64,000 nt of DNA, taken from Phoronis australis. Taxonomy: Eukaryota > Animalia > Phoronida. The notes beneath the pieces were generated by a model. The model was given only the letters and a program-made list of their open reading frames with translations. It was not told the origin of the DNA and did not search any database. Positions 25,690-41,200 of this stretch are shown here, piece by piece. The stretch covers positions 124,001 to 188,000 of the forward strand of contig NMRA01000166.1 of NCBI GenBank assembly GCA_002633005.1, in the 5' to 3' direction. A program made the translations under genes and the position numbers. How positions within the stretch are numbered: the first letter of the stretch is position 1; each line of letters starts with the position of its first letter.

Positions 25690-28600
25690 GTTTGGAGTTA
25701 AATGGAACATCTATTTTGTGTAAAAATCACTTTCTGTGATCAGAGGAATTGTTTTCAAGAGTAAGGTCAACAAATGTGGGTGTGTATCCCAAATCGAGGG
25801 AAGAATTATGTTTAAGTTGTCATTTTTTGCTGGACTTGACGTTTAAGCAACACATACAAGTGAAACGGAGAATCAGAGTTGTAATTTTTGTCTTTTTCCG
25901 TTAATAAGTTATATGAAAACAATTTATTGCCATGTTCTTTTTAACCTGACATAAAAAATAAAATACGTATATTTTTGTTGCCCAAAAAATTCTGTAATGA
26001 AAGGCGTCTGCCTGAATGTTGTCGTTTTTTATGTGTAGTCAAGTGGCTTCCGCTAGACCTATACATTGTATTCTGTGTTGCAAAATTTGGTGTTTGGGGT
26101 TAAGCATCTATATTGTAGACTTTGTGGAGTGCTTTGCGTAATAAGTAAATGAATGAAATATGAAGTGAAAGTTAAGTAATTTGTAAGAGTCCATATTACA
26201 TATCCCTACTGTTGTTCTGCTTGCTTTAGTCGTGCAACAACTGCTGTTTGAAACTTAGTTTATGTTGTTTATATTTAGAGTTGACAAGAAAAAGCGATGT
26301 GCCTTTGTGTTGTTGGAAGGATTGTTTTACTGTTGTTACAAAAATGTTGCAGTGTTAATTGTTAAAATTGCCTTCTGTTCAGAAAATGTGTTTTGGATGT
26401 AATTTTGGAATTAACTTTCACATAGAGAAATTGTTTGGACCATTTTTAAAAACATTTTGGCACTGGATGTTCGGTTAATGTATTTAGAAGTTTTAGCTGT
26501 TCCAACTAACACAGATGATCACGTTATTTAGAGAATATTATATATCTATTTTTGTGTTCAAGGCTTAAAAATACTAACAAAAATACTCTAAAATATGAGT
26601 ACATGAAGTGGTTTTACTGGGAACCATTTAATATGTTTTCCTTATTCCAGGAATCTTACAGTTTGTTTTGCGATGCGTAGAAATTGGAAAAAGTTTAATC
26701 TAATTGAAGAGAACAAAAAATTAGTTTTAGCACTTAACGCAACCAGTCATTCAGTTCCAACAGATAGATAGAAGATTTTTCAACAATGAAAGCTGATGTG
26801 TGGAGGTGAAGAACAATTAATAGAATTGTTAGTATGTTTTCTACCATTAAAATTGTGTTCAGTTTGACCAGATGTGCTCTCTCTGATGACGATCCATAGG
26901 GTGTAACAGAGTCTGAATGAAATCCAGTCATTTGTCTGCAATTGACAACTGTGGAACATTGCCTTACTTATTTGTCTTGCAAAAGAAATTATGGGATTCA
27001 TGGAATGCAAGATATCACTAGCTCATACCACTTGAACCATTTGCTACCACTTTATATTTCAAGTTATTTTTGTTAATATATTTGGGACACTGGCGGTATA
27101 AGAAAGTTGCTTCTTTGGTGCGTGGCTGACCTGACTTCAAAATCCAGGATGAATGGCAGCAAGTTTTGACTTCCTGAATTTCCTGCTTTGTTTGTGTATG
27201 ATTTTCGAAGTTTCCAGCATGTGCAAATCGCACAAATGGCGGAATTCATGAAAAGTGCAATATCGTGGAATGTGTACTTTACTGTATGGGCACATGTCAT
27301 GACCTTTCTGCAACACTCAAAAATGATACGTGGTCATTCCTGAGTCTATTGGGAAGGTCTAGACATCAAGCCAAGCAGATTCCCTGCTATTCGTCTGTAT
27401 TAGGCTTCCAAATTTCTGTTGGATCCTAGCCCTGTGTCATGGCTAAGTTTCTAGTTTCTAGATAACGTTTACACATTAGTATTTCACAGGTTGACGATAG
27501 TTTGCATAGATTACTTGTATGTCAGTGTTGTTAATGTGTGCAAGGACTAAAGTGTTGTCGTTCATTGTTCAGTGCAGCTCAGCATTGGGGTGCCATACTC
27601 AATCAATTATTTGTAGAAGTGGATTAGATTGCTTTACTGTCATTGTGTAAGTATTTGCAGTCAGTAAAATAAAGAATTGTTGGGTTAATCGGACGTTTTG
27701 CTTTGCTGAGTCCTATTGTGTGCAAGGGAGAGAAAGCTTATGTTGGACCACTGTTGCACGTCAATTATAACTGATCCACTTAATTCCTCAATGTCCAAAT
27801 GTTAAAGTGATTTATGCCCCATCAGTATATAAAAAGAGCTAAGAACAGGGATTATGAAAATACCCCGGTAAATATAAATTTGAGATTTCTTAAGCGTTAT
27901 GTTACTTTCATTTTAGTAAAAAGTTGTTAGTTTTCATAAAAAAGTTTGGACGCTGCCTACAAACCTCCTTGACGATGGTGATGTGGTTTAGATCTAATGT
28001 TGATGGGTGACTTTCATGAACCGAATCTGGACAAACGCACCATTGGAAAACCGCAATATTGATGAGATTTAGTATGCGACTTGTGAGCATTACTGGTAAA
28101 CTACACAACAACCACTAAGCTTTGAAAGACATTGCCATATTCGTTACCAGCATAAAAATCAGGAAGTGTTAAAACAAACAAAACTAGTGATGAGTTCAGT
28201 GTGACCACCGGTCACTACTTCCATCATGCTTTGGTATTCTTTTGGAAGGCATGATTTAATTGTCATTTATTTAACCAAAACAACACTACGGTAATGCAAT
28301 GAAACAACTAAGAGTAATCTTTACAATTGTCATGTTCCTATATTTTACAAATATGTAATTTCAACTGAGAACTATAATAACTACAGTTTATGACGGAATA
28401 AAAGCATGGGTGATTAGTGTTAGCCAAATGAAACCGTAGATACTTTGTTCGTGTTGGGAGTATGTTGGATAATTGTAGAGATGAGTTCAAACCCAGATTT
28501 CACATTTCACTCTAAGCATCTGTAGATCCAATTTCTGAAATGTTGATACATTTTAAATTCAGTTTCTCAGAATTTCGAAATATGCTTTTAGTATAAATTT

Positions 28601-30089
28601 ATTAAATTTTACTAAGATCAACACCAGGCCACACTGCAAATAAAGGGTAAGGCTACTTCTTGATTTAAAAATTCATAAACCCTGATTCCCAGTTAAAAAT
28701 TTTGAGATGTTTATGTGCCATTCATAAAAAATTGCGACGTGTTTTTTGTAAATAATTTTAAAACACCTCCCAAGTTAAAAACAGATTCTTTTTAAAAATA
28801 AAATCGTAAGAGAAGATTTGTTGTTGTACTTGCACTTAATCTTAGTACTTGTTCTTAGCTCTTTCCAAAATACATGTTTTATGGAATCTAAAGAATTAAA
28901 TAATTTTTTGGATATTAAAGACTAGTTATTTATATGGTTTGGCATTCTGAAGGGCAGTGACGATAAACATGTTTAATGTACATATTACCTAGGGGTTACC
29001 ATGATTGAAAGACAAAGTGGATGTTCATTACAGGAAAATAATTGTGTGGTTACCTATACCCTCTTTCACGTAATGATGATGATGTAAATAACGAATTTTG
29101 AAGTCTTTTAAATGTAGCATAGGTATTAAACAAGGGAACTACACCGCATATACAGACCACACTTAAGAGGGAATGTCATCGCTGGATGTTTAAAACAATT
29201 CAGAAACTCACAAACATGACTACAAGACACTGGTGAGCTCCTCTACTAAAACGGCTGTGAATCCACTTGAGATTCCTGGCCACAACACCTGGACATAACC
29301 ATGGTGGGTGTGGATGTCATCCATGACAATATTCCACAGTGGCGACTGAGTTTTTATAACATGTAAGCATACCAAGTGTCTCCTTTGAGGACATGTCATT
29401 GAATGGCAATTCTTAGCAGCAATCAGTTTTCCCGAATCAAAGTCACATCAGCTAAGATAAAGTCTCAGTTTTAAACATACACGAAGAACAAGAATACGTA
29501 ATCCATAGTCAGATTTTGTTTATTTGGTAGTGTTATGTACAATCCAGACTGACAATAACCAGTAGTCCAAGCTATCACTATTTATGTATGTACTTCATCT
29601 CAAAAGCAATCCTCTTTATGTAAATGAAGCTAAAAATTCACAACAGCATTCAACAAGCCATTCTTCCATCAATCAGGACATTTTAGACAACTATTACAAG
29701 ACAAATTCTGAGCACTGACATTCCTGTTACAGGGCAATGTTAGCTGCCATTTAAAATGCTTGGTTTCAAGTCCTACTTTAAATATGTTACCATTATCCTG
29801 AAACAGTAGCTGTTTTATAATTTCATTTAACAAGAACAACGCTAAGCACTCACAACTGTTTCATGTTACATACATAAACTCAATGTGATATCAAAGCCAA
29901 AATCGACTTGGTAGTGCAGCCTAGTTCTACACCTCCCTCTCACAGTCAACCAAAAGTCAGTTGAGCTATTTTGACAATAACCACTGGACAAGACAGACAC
30001 TATCTTGCTGTGTCAGTTCAACCTGTCCAATGATCAACTGATGCTGGTGGAACATCCCAGCCACAAATCATTTTATTAAAGTCTTTCAA

Positions 30090-30552
30090 GTCAGTTTGAC
30101 AGCCAACAGGGGCCCATGGTAGTCAAATCCACCTGAAAATCTACTGGAGTCTGCACATTCCTATCACACACCTTTTCATCAAGTTTCGCCAAAAATTGAT
30201 TACAACTGCCACAACATTCAAATACATCCAAAAAATTGATAGGTGATAGTGCACTTACACCACATTCTTCTGCATCAAGTTTCAGAAAAATTCATAAAGT
30301 AATTTTGCCAAAAATTGACAGACAAGGAGGAAAGTCTTATTTAAATAAAGTAACATGGTCATTCGGTCCACAGCAGTCAAATCCACTGCAAATCGACTGG
30401 TACCAGTATATACAGTCATACAACTCCAGGGAAATTTTCAACACAGTCTGTGGACGGGTTCTTGACATACTTGGACAAGCAAAGCTAACGCATGACAGAC
30501 AGACAGGATGCTGACTATAAGTGACTACAAAAGTTTGTGGCTACATAAAAAC
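30090..30552 (-). mobile_element. Second HINE/DINE-like element family
   Basis: Minus strand TTTTTATGTAGCCACAAACTTTTGTAGTC (imperfect hairpin) followed by (TGTC)n. Internal repeated AGTCAAATCCAC and CATCAAGTTTC motifs on the plus strand. Confidence 0.45.
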
Positions 30553-32211
30553 AAGCCACAACACTCATTGGGGAAATGTTATGTATCTCAACATTGATCA
30601 CACATTGAAGTATACACTACAGAGCTTACATATCTGGGTAGATTGTGTTAAAGAAAAAAGAAGAAACAAAGGCTAGCACATCTTGGCCAGGTAATACAAA
30701 CAGGATGCATAGGTAAGTGATTGCAGGACATTTATTTGACAAACTGATAGTCGCAGCCTACCAAGACAATTGAACTAACAGTTCTAATCTATTCTGCTGC
30801 AACACAGCATGAGTTTCACAAGTGTTCCACAATGTACTCAAATATAAAATAACAGTTCAAAACTTCACATAAATATTGCATATGCTGCACCAGCCAAGAC
30901 TCACAATCTGCCTTCCTCACAGACGGCAAGGACGTTCTCATTAAAAGAAATAATGCTCTTCAGATCCTTTCTCACGAGCTGCACAACTTTTCACATGACA
31001 TGCAATCTTGCACTGTTTAGCTGACTAAAAACGAAATTTAATTAGGCCTTTAACTCTCATAAAATCAGCCATATAAATTCCTTACCGCGTCAGGATTCCG
31101 TTTCCATTACCAACAAAAATATCAAAACCATAAACCATGCACGAATATGCTTCAGAGTTCATTGGGATTGGTGAACCTAAATTTGCGAATTTGAAAATGG
31201 CACCAATACATATTGCTTATTACTTGAGTTGAATACTATGTGAACAAATAAGCATCTGTATGACTTTCAATCACAATTCATCAAAATTTGGAGACTTTTT
31301 TGACAAAAATATCAAAGACTACTGCAAGGGAATTCCAAGACTTCTCCAGTTTTGTACGGTCCATGTAATGAGACTGCCCATGAGGAAAATGAGGACGACT
31401 AGCATGTCTATATGCTAGGCTATGTTATAACACGCATGAATAAAGAAAGCTTATCACACCCAGGTTCAAACATCAAGCAGCTGTACTGTAAACATTTGAT
31501 GTGAAAAGTATCCTTTTATGGTTCATTGAAATGTAACCATCCATGTAGATGCATTTGTGGGACAGGATTTAGTGAAACTGCTATAACTGTAGAATTACAT
31601 AGATTTCCATCAACTCTTCAAACTATATGATACAAATTTTCTCTAACTCATGATTTGTGTCATTAAAATAAAAAATAATTATAACAGAGTTGAACAGATT
31701 CAAAATGTACTGAACAGAATAACTTCTTACTCCACATTTGTTTTCAAAGACACTTTTAAAATGAAAAAAAAATTAAATAAAAGCCACATACACAACACAG
31801 TAACTGACAAATAACTTATTAAATTTCTGTTTTGCTGTTGTATTTCTCCTGATGATGTAAGGGAATTACCGAGATACTTTGTATTTGAGCAATAAAATGT
31901 GTCAACTGGTCATGGGGCAAGTTGTGAGAAAACAGAATACTTTAACAAGCACTATTTGATATTTTGCTATCTAATGCTTAATGTGTTTTCTTTATTGTGG
32001 CTCGTGAAAATGTCAACTTTTTGTAGATTTTTCCTTAGTCACTTAACAACAACAAATTCTCTTGATAAAGAAATCCGTTTAAGGTAAAAACCCAAAAACT
32101 TGTTGGCACACCACAAACCTTATGCAGCAAACTAACATTAAACTGACAATGTACATGTTTCATTGAAAACCCTACAGCCAGACCACCAACAGGAAGTAAC
32201 TGTACAACACG

Positions 32212-35200
32212 TCATCCATTCCTTATGAGATGATCTGCAAACACAAAAGGTGATTCAAGTGTAGGCAAGAATAAATTTACAAAAAATAAACTTAATTTCA
32301 GTTTCACCATCAAAAATTTCTCCACCTCTGAAGGTTAGTGAATACCGAGACAGAAACAAAGACACAAATGGTAAGTCAATAATATTAATAGTATAACCTG
32401 ACTTACTGTACTGGAACACAGTCTTAAGATTCCTCAAGTTGTGTACAGGCCTTTATGCAGTGTACGTCCTGGGCATCCAAATGGACGCCCTAGCACTAAT
32501 CTGGATGCCCTGGCAAGGACGCCCAATGTATCATTTGGACACCCACTGTCAATAGGAATCTTTCAAGTTTGGACTCACACATTGTAATGAATACTAGGAA
32601 GCCTCTGAGGGCTCACAGTGGGGGCTCTTTTTTCAAAGCAGGAAGAAATATACAATGTATATACAAAGTATATACAATGTTGCTATGCTCACACTTGGTT
32701 GATAGCATTGCAAAAGTCTTGGTCTACAGTTTTTTAGTAAAAATGCTCACTAGAGAAGGCTGTTTTGTAAGCTTAGATGTAAAAACCTTGGTCTATGCAT
32801 TTTTTGTAAAAAATCTGTGTGTTTGAGGATTGCTGGGGGTGGGGGGTTACGCGTCGGAATCATGGACGCCTGGAATATTGGGAACCCCATTTTGGACACC
32901 CTATTTTCGAAATCCTGGATAAAGGCCTGGTTGTGTACATGCATGCCAATGATCACAAGAGTTTTACTAGATGGTACAACAATTGTAGAACCAAATTCTG
33001 TTTTGTTCTCAAAGTTTGGAATGTCATTAAGGTAATATATAGCACAGCCAAGTGATTTTTAGGACACAAGAAGGAAATCCAGATGTCATAGCAAAACGAT
33101 ATTTTAAAGACCAGAAAACTCACCTTGCTTTGGTAGTCTGACAGTCTCTGTATCAGGAACTGTAACCTCGTGTAGTGCACCGTGGAATCGGTAACGAATA
33201 TACAAACATTTTTCCTCACCCAGGCATGGGTCATAGAAGCCAGGCAGACTACTCTGTAAGAGACAAACATTGAATGTTTCCTGTTCTCCACACATTGCTG
33301 CCTACTATAGTCTGCCTGAATTGTGTACATGTAGGAATGCCCGATTTTTGTAACACAGAAATTGTGCTTGTATTTCTCAGAGTTGAAGTGCAAATTCTTT
33401 CTGCAATCCAAAACTATTCAGTTTCGAGACATCATAATCCCATCATGAATACCTTGACTTTTGGAAAACCACGGCTTGTAAAGGGCAAGTTCCAATAATG
33501 GTTAAAACAAAAAAAAACAATCACAAAGCACATTGCTGATTGGCTACTGTTTCACACCATTACATTGTTGTTGTTGTTGTTGTTGTGTTGTTATTGTTGT
33601 TGTTGTGCTGTTGTTGTTGTGTTGTTGTTGTGTTGTTGTTGTTGTTGTTGTTGTTGTGTTGTTGTTGTGTTGTTGTTGTTGTTGTGTTGTTGTTGTGTTG
33701 TTGTTGTNCACGAGATCAAGCGTGTGTTCAGTAATGCTAGGACCTACACAAGGACCTAGCTAAAATTTAGCCAAAGTCACATATTCTCATTTAAAATATA
33801 CAACAATATCTCATGTAAACTCATGAAGTCTTGCTTTTTAGCGAGGTCCTAGCATTACTGAATGGGAGGCAGGGCTTGGAATGACTAATAACAAAAAAGG
33901 AAAAATTTCCAGGTGACATATTGTTCCATAAATAAAATAAGCTTGTGTGACAGAAATATTTTTGTGTTGTAAAATTTAACTGAAATAAACTTTTTTGCAT
34001 GAATAAAAGTCAAAATAATGATAAAAAGGAGATGGAAAAAAGAGAAAATGGAAATTATGAAGAGGAAATCAAAACTAAAAAAGAGGAAATCCTCTTAAAA
34101 GAGGGAAATTCCAAGCCTTCAAAGATATGCCAAAACCTGGCTGTGCTTAAGTCGGTACAAGCCACATGAATCTTTTGTGTGGCGTAGCTTTGCAAATCTG
34201 GCTTTTCGACAATGCACAGTGATTGGATCAACTGCCAAGAGGCATGCGAATTCAAAGAAATAGGACGTACTATCATAATAATCCAGTGCAAGGATCATAA
34301 TTTTTCAGGAACTGCTGACTTATTGGTAAGCAAAGTTACATTTGCAGCAATCAGTTTGGTTTATTTGTCTGAGGCACTGAATCACCTGACCGTCTTTGTT
34401 TATACACTCACATACATGTTTGTGGTCACATACTTTTTACTGAACTTAAGAAAATACAGAAAAAATGTTAGTAGTATTGAAAGATCAATTTTAGGACAAG
34501 CAGCTCTGAAAAGAGCATGATATGATGCTGATAAAACTGAACACTTGAAGGACATAGAACCAAATTGAAAACAAAACAAGTCTTGAAAAAAATGTTAAAT
34601 TCACGTAATGAAAGTCCTGCATGGAAAGTGTGATGGAGCAACAAAAAACTAACAATTCAAGTGGAATGTGTTATGAACTATGGTTCAAAAAGGCACTCAC
34701 CTTAGATAACCCAGTTGGAATTTTTATAGCATTGTCCTTCACTAACACTTGCACAGCATCCTTGACATCAATTACCTTTTGTAAACTGTCTTCACTGCAA
34801 AATTGAAAGTATATAATAAACCATAATACGTAGGCTTTTTCAGTCTTCACCACCACCAAGCTCCCAGTGCACTTGTAAAACTTCAACAGCAAAGATTGAT
34901 ACAGAATCAAAAACAGTATTCTAAAATGAACAGTGTACAACAAACAAGGCAGCCTCTTTCCCTTTCTCTAGCTCACCTTCCACTCAGATCTTCATCATCA
35001 ACCAGTTTGCCATAGACCGCCTTCACAATCACAACACCACCTTTCTCTTCCTCAGACTTCCGGGACTTTTCTGCTGTCTCTCTCATTAAGTTAAGCTGTA
35101 AATACAATAAATACAATAGCTAAACGCATATATACGAAAAAACCACTCACAACAGCTACATAAATCACTCTTAAATATTGTAACTGGACGTCTTAAAAAC

Positions 35201-38200
35201 AGAATGCGTACACTGTGCTCACAAAATTGTGTCGAAGATTAATGCATTTTTTATACTTTGTGATGTTTTCTCTGAAATCAAAGCTAGGTACCAATAAGTG
35301 AAAGTCTGAGGACAATTCTTCTTATACTGTCTTTTAGAATCAAAAGCTTGCTCATAAAAAGCAATGCTCACAATTACATAATCTGAAGTCCTTTAAACAT
35401 AGAATCAAAAGCAATGCTCATAATTATGTCATCTGAATTTTCATACTAAAACCAAAGTTTATAATTATATATCACAAAAGCAACCCAAATTTTTTCTATT
35501 TAGAATATTACCAATACTGGCAAAAGTATTTTCACAGCTTTGTTCAACTAGCCTACAATTCATATTATTGGCCTACCTCTGCCTCAGCTTCTTGTTTTCT
35601 TTGACGTAAACTTTCTTCATTTTCTTGCTTTCTTCGCTCTAAATCTCTGATACAACACAGTAATATAGAAAATGGCATAATAAGGTCTCAGTATCAAATG
35701 ACAGTCAAATGCATAAAAGCTTAACACAGAGACAGTACTATAAAAGAGCAATACAGAGTGTTGATACACACGCACATTGTACATCACAAATGGCAAAAAT
35801 ACAAAAAGTGGCCACTATTTCACAGACTAGACACTACTAAAATTAAAGCTGAATACATCAAGTGGTACAATGTTAGTCAATGGGAAGATATCAAGATTGT
35901 CACAAAGAAAACTAAAATTATCACGAGGGGGCAGTATAGCAGTTGGATCCGTAAAATAAACAATGTCAATTATGCTCACCTCTATAGAGACTTATTCTGC
36001 TAGAGGATTCTAAAAGGTTTTGGCAAATACAGACTAGAGGTGGGCGCAAAAAGTGAAAACTAAACTATCTGATAAAATTGACACTAGGGTGGACTGCACA
36101 AGCTGGAACTCGCCAACAAATGGAAAGTGCTATTCTCTCTTTGTAGAAATCATATCTTGCCAAATTTCATGAAAATCGTTTATCAAATTTGAAAGATATA
36201 GGGGCAAATACAAAAAATAAAATGCCTCTAGGAGCTAGCCAGGCTTCCGTCAATAGAAATTCGTTTGTCAATTTTTGTGACCATTTTCAAACCGTATGGC
36301 AGATACGTGGATCTAAACAACAGACACCACTAAAAGGTGTGTTTGGCAATGAAAGAGTTCTATAAAAAAACTTACAAGATATCGAGATGAGCGCAAAAAA
36401 TGAAATTTCCAACAAGGATACCTGTACTCTTAGACAGAGATGACTACCACATGCTCTCACATAATACATGTATGCAGGATCATAAAAATGGCTTCTGCAG
36501 GGACCAGGGTCTAATATAGTACTCGAAATTGAACTCGGATAATTTTTAACATATTCCATTGTACTTTACTACACACTCAAGATAAGTGTCTAAAATGCTG
36601 TGCTCTAGTCTGTTTTGGTTTACATGGATGACTGTTTACCTAGGTTGTACATTATGAGCACAGCATTAAAGTCAAAAGTCTGAGTGTGAAATTTGACTTT
36701 TTACTCATTCATGAGTTTTTACTAGAGTTTGTAGCTAAAAACCAGGGGTTAACAAATCTGAATTTAGACGATAAACTCATACATGTAATCCATAATGTAC
36801 ACCAGGAGAGAAATGTCAAAAACAATTTTGAGTTTGATTTCGAGTACAAAAATTAGACCTCGGGCCCGGGTGAAGTTGTATTGAGTCAAGTTAAAAATGT
36901 TTAGACATCAGAAGGAATGCATGAAGATGACACTAACAATTTATTTGTACCGGGATTTTTCGTAGATAAGCCCATGGGCATGTATTCGGAAAATGAAAAT
37001 TTTCAGGCATTTCAGTAACACCAAAAAAGCCTGGTTGTTTATTCGGAAAAGGGGGCGTGTAAACCGAAAGTCATAGCCTCGGCTGATGTGAAAATAGAAC
37101 TATTTTTTAATTTTAAGTTAATGAATACATAGTCCGTCAACACTTTATTCATTTTCATAAATGCTAAACACTCCACAAAATTGATTTTGTGACTAAAAGT
37201 TGACACAGAGTGGGGTATTAAAAGGACATTTTGCGAATAAACGACCCACTATCTGGACACTTGACTTCAGAACTTGTAACAACACTGGCATTTATTTGGC
37301 ATAATTTTCTGAATAAACGCCCATGGACATTTCATCAGGTGGGCTTATCTATGGAAAATCCCGGTAATGAAGTATTGGTGGAGTTGCAAATCTAGATTTT
37401 TATTGAAACACCTCAGTCCAGCCTTAGACAGCATGCATCAGTGTTCCTTAGAAAGATACTTACTTTTCTTTTTGTTCCTTCACAAATGGTTTCACAATCA
37501 ATACCTTGATGACGTAATACGTGGCTATAGGCACCACAGTGCCGTAGAAGATGGCACCTGGTAAAATTTCCTCCGATAAATGGATGGGAAACATGAAGTT
37601 TTGTGCCCCACGATTTACTCTGCAAAAAGCCATCAAAGTTTTGCATCTACTAAGGCACTCCTTAAGGTCATAAAGAAAGGAGGACAGTTAGTAACAGTTA
37701 TACGTACTTCTCAGTAGTAATGCTAAAATACACGAAATACTGAAAGCAAACTTGTTGTTCTTAAAATTGCTAAGCAAACTTTTTAACTAATGCGTAAATG
37801 TTCAAACTTTGAGAAAGCAGCTCACATGGTCTTTCAAAAAATCTGAACTAACCTTGAACACCAGTCCAATTGGTGGGCTAACTGCCACAGGCCAATATAC
37901 TGAGAAGAAAATAAATGTCCTAAATATCGCTAAACATACATTTTCTATTAATCCGTGTTATTCTGAAACTCAAAAGCCATGCAAAGCGCCCACAACTGCA
38001 CTTCAAGCAGTATGCTTCTAGCAGTGTTTATATCATAAAAACGCCACTAGTAGGTGCAGAATATGTCAAACCTGTCCAAAAATATGAAGGCACCGTTGTA
38101 TCTCTAAAAAACCTATTTCCCAAATTTCATGAAAATCCATCAAGTAACTCATTGCCACTAGAGGGCACAGCAGTAATCGCGTTCATCAGAAAGAAATTAT

Positions 38201-41200
38201 TCGTTCACACGTTCATAGAAATACACTTACTAAATTTCACAAAGTTCCACTGAGTGGTTTGGCGGATATAGAGGCGGATGCCAAATACAGACAAAATAAA
38301 AAACAATAAAAACGGTCACTAAGTAGTGCAGAAAACCTCAAATCTGTCCGAAAATGAGAAGGTCTCTATTTCCCAAATTTCAGAAAAATCTTTCGGGAAA
38401 TTCTCCACTAGCTGTAGAAGGATCAGCTCAAAAGTTTATGTCACTTCACTCAGGAACATTTGTGCCAAATTTCATGAAGATCCTGTGTAGGATTTAGGAG
38501 ATAAAGTAGCAAATGCTGGACGCCCAGAGGTGACAGCACTATGCAATCTGTGGGTGCAAAAAACGTGTTCTATCTCTAAGTGAGGTTTTAAGTTTTAAAA
38601 ACCCAAATCACATGACTTTTCGGTTCATAAAATTACGCCCACTCTAACTTACTTTATTTTTAGCACCACTCCCATTGGTGCACCAACTGCTAGTGATGCC
38701 CCCAGTGTGCTGAATCGGGAAACTTTCTTTTCGTATCCGCATTCAACATAAGCAGACAAAGTGCCAAGTCTGTAACAAATAGTAGGTTGTCTGAATAATT
38801 TTTAGGTATTTATTTCAACTGTGCTGTTTAAAAAAGTGTCGGTATTAAAATCTAGCTCAATTAAAGAGGCATTTCATTTCCACCACAGCCACGAAAATGA
38901 ATGGTATAGACAAATTTCAGACATGCGTTTTGTGATGAAGAAACCTCTCTCTGGTTGATCATTTGCAATTTAGGTAACGAGTTTGGGCAGTCAGAACAAC
39001 TTTAAAATGGATATTGAGGATGAGATGAAACTGGTATCAGCTCTGAGATATTCAGCACAACAAAAACATCATACCTTGCTGATGCCTTAAACTTAGCTTC
39101 GTCGTCTAAAAACTTGTGGGTATAACTCAAGGATACGAAGGAGCTTGGCACACCAAGCTGAAAAAGAAAACGATGATACTTACTCACACCATGTATTTGT
39201 AACAAAGCTTACATCTTGTCATATTTATTAATAAGCAGTTTATCTTTTAGTTGGTTTCTGGTAATGGGCAATTTTTTATTGCTTTGCAGGGTTCGATTTG
39301 GCGATCAGCAGGTTACCAATGTGACCTCAGATTTTGTTTGGTGATACAGTAAAAATAACAAGTCACCACAAAGTCACCACACACACATCCGAGCATGCAC
39401 TCAAAATACTACAGGAAGTAAGCAGGGAGTCGCAATCATTGGGCAAAATTCAGAAGAGCCTGGTTATATGCGATGCAGAGGTAACGTGTAACTAACATCT
39501 ACTTCTACCTCAGCAGGTAAACATGCTAAGCACGCCACACATACCGAATTTTTCATTCCACTAAAAACGCTGTCCAGTGATTTTGGTTGCACTGACCAAC
39601 ATTTGCCAAATTCACTGGTTTCTTACTTTCAGCTCTTGACAACTATCCATCTTTTGTATGGACCAGGACATTTGAAACCACCCCCCACGAGAATNACTAA
39701 GAGCCTTGTTATATGCGATGCAGAGGTAATGTGTAACTAACATCTACTTCTACCTCAGCAGGTAAACATGCTAAGCACGCCACACATACCGAATTTTTCA
39801 TTCCACTAAAAACGCTGTCCAGTGATTTTGGGTGCACTGACCAACATTTGCCAAATTCACTGGTTTCTTACTTTCAGCTCTTGACAACTATCCATCTTTT
39901 GTATGGACCAGGACATTTGAAACCACCCCCCACGAGAATTATTTGTTTTAGGACCCAGTTCCTGTTTGGCGACCTTAGAATTGTGCCCGGTCACATCATG
40001 CTAAGCGTCGAGCCCTGCCTTGTGACGTAATTTCCTCACTACAGTTACATGACAAATGTAATTCTAACAAAGACAATGGCAATGAGATTTCATCAAATGA
40101 ATGTCATCAACATACCTGTAATGTGAAAGCCACGTGATCACGTTGAGAATCCCATATCAGGCTGGAACTCATGGCTGACACCGCGCCCACCGTCCAGTTT
40201 AGTCGGCCTTGCAGATTCTTGTCCAGCTGACAGGCTAACACTGAAAACACAAGGAACACTTACAACGTGATTGGTTCTAATGGTCATATTTTCTTGGGAA
40301 GTACTTTGTCAACTAGTGCTGTGTAGTAATGACAAAACTGAAAGTAGAAAGTAAAAAGCAACCTTGCAAATGTTGACAAATGTTTTGCAATGTCAGAACC
40401 AGTTTACAATCATGTTACAAAGTGACATACTTGTGTTAAATGCAGGCCTAAGCACTCCATGTGGACTCAGCTGAAGACTGCCAGACATTGTACCAAACAC
40501 TCTGCGAGACAATGTACGGAAGCCTTTCACCGACAGTGCACCACCATTTCCAGCTGCTAACTCCACCTGTTAATTAAACAGGTATTCAGAGTGAAAGTAA
40601 ACTAACATGAGTTAAACAAATCATAGGGGAAACTTAATTTCCTGACTATCAAGGGCGGACATTTAAAGTTGAAAGTTTTCTACAGGTGAGAAAAATACCA
40701 AGACTACACAAAAATGTTAATAAAAGGTGTTTGGTGTGATACAGGTTGTGGTGGAAATCAAAAAATTGTTATTGACTTGACAACATGCCTTAAGACTTTG
40801 ATAAAACCAGAAGGAAAATTCATGAAATTTTTTCAATAGCAGCTTCTCACCAGTTAAGATTTACATGATAATGAATGAAAACGTAGTCCTCAGTCCTATA
40901 TATTAGCCACTTTAATGAGGAGTAGGGCTGGATATCAGTACTGTACAATCAAATCGTACAAAACACTGTTTCCCAGCATTTTAGCTACAGCGTTGGTGAA
41001 TTCCACTTGCACTCAGCCGTCATGACAGGGGAACTCTATTTTTGGGGTTCTCTGTATTTGAAAACCTGCACCAACATGGCCAATTTAATGTTAATACACA
41101 GTCAATTAATACAAGTATTGAATATTGTCACTGAACCAAACTTAAAATCCAATAATGTGTTTGGTGATTTTTAATTCTGATTTGTTATAGAGTAGTACTT

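Noticed and set aside
33533-33763. Poly-Cys/Val/Leu ORFs
   Set aside because: These are translations of a (TTG)n microsatellite in a DNAJC11 intron.
39454-39939. About 240-bp near-perfect tandem duplication
   Set aside because: The copies are joined at an N and differ at only about 3 positions, which is typical of an uncollapsed haplotype overlap in the assembly.
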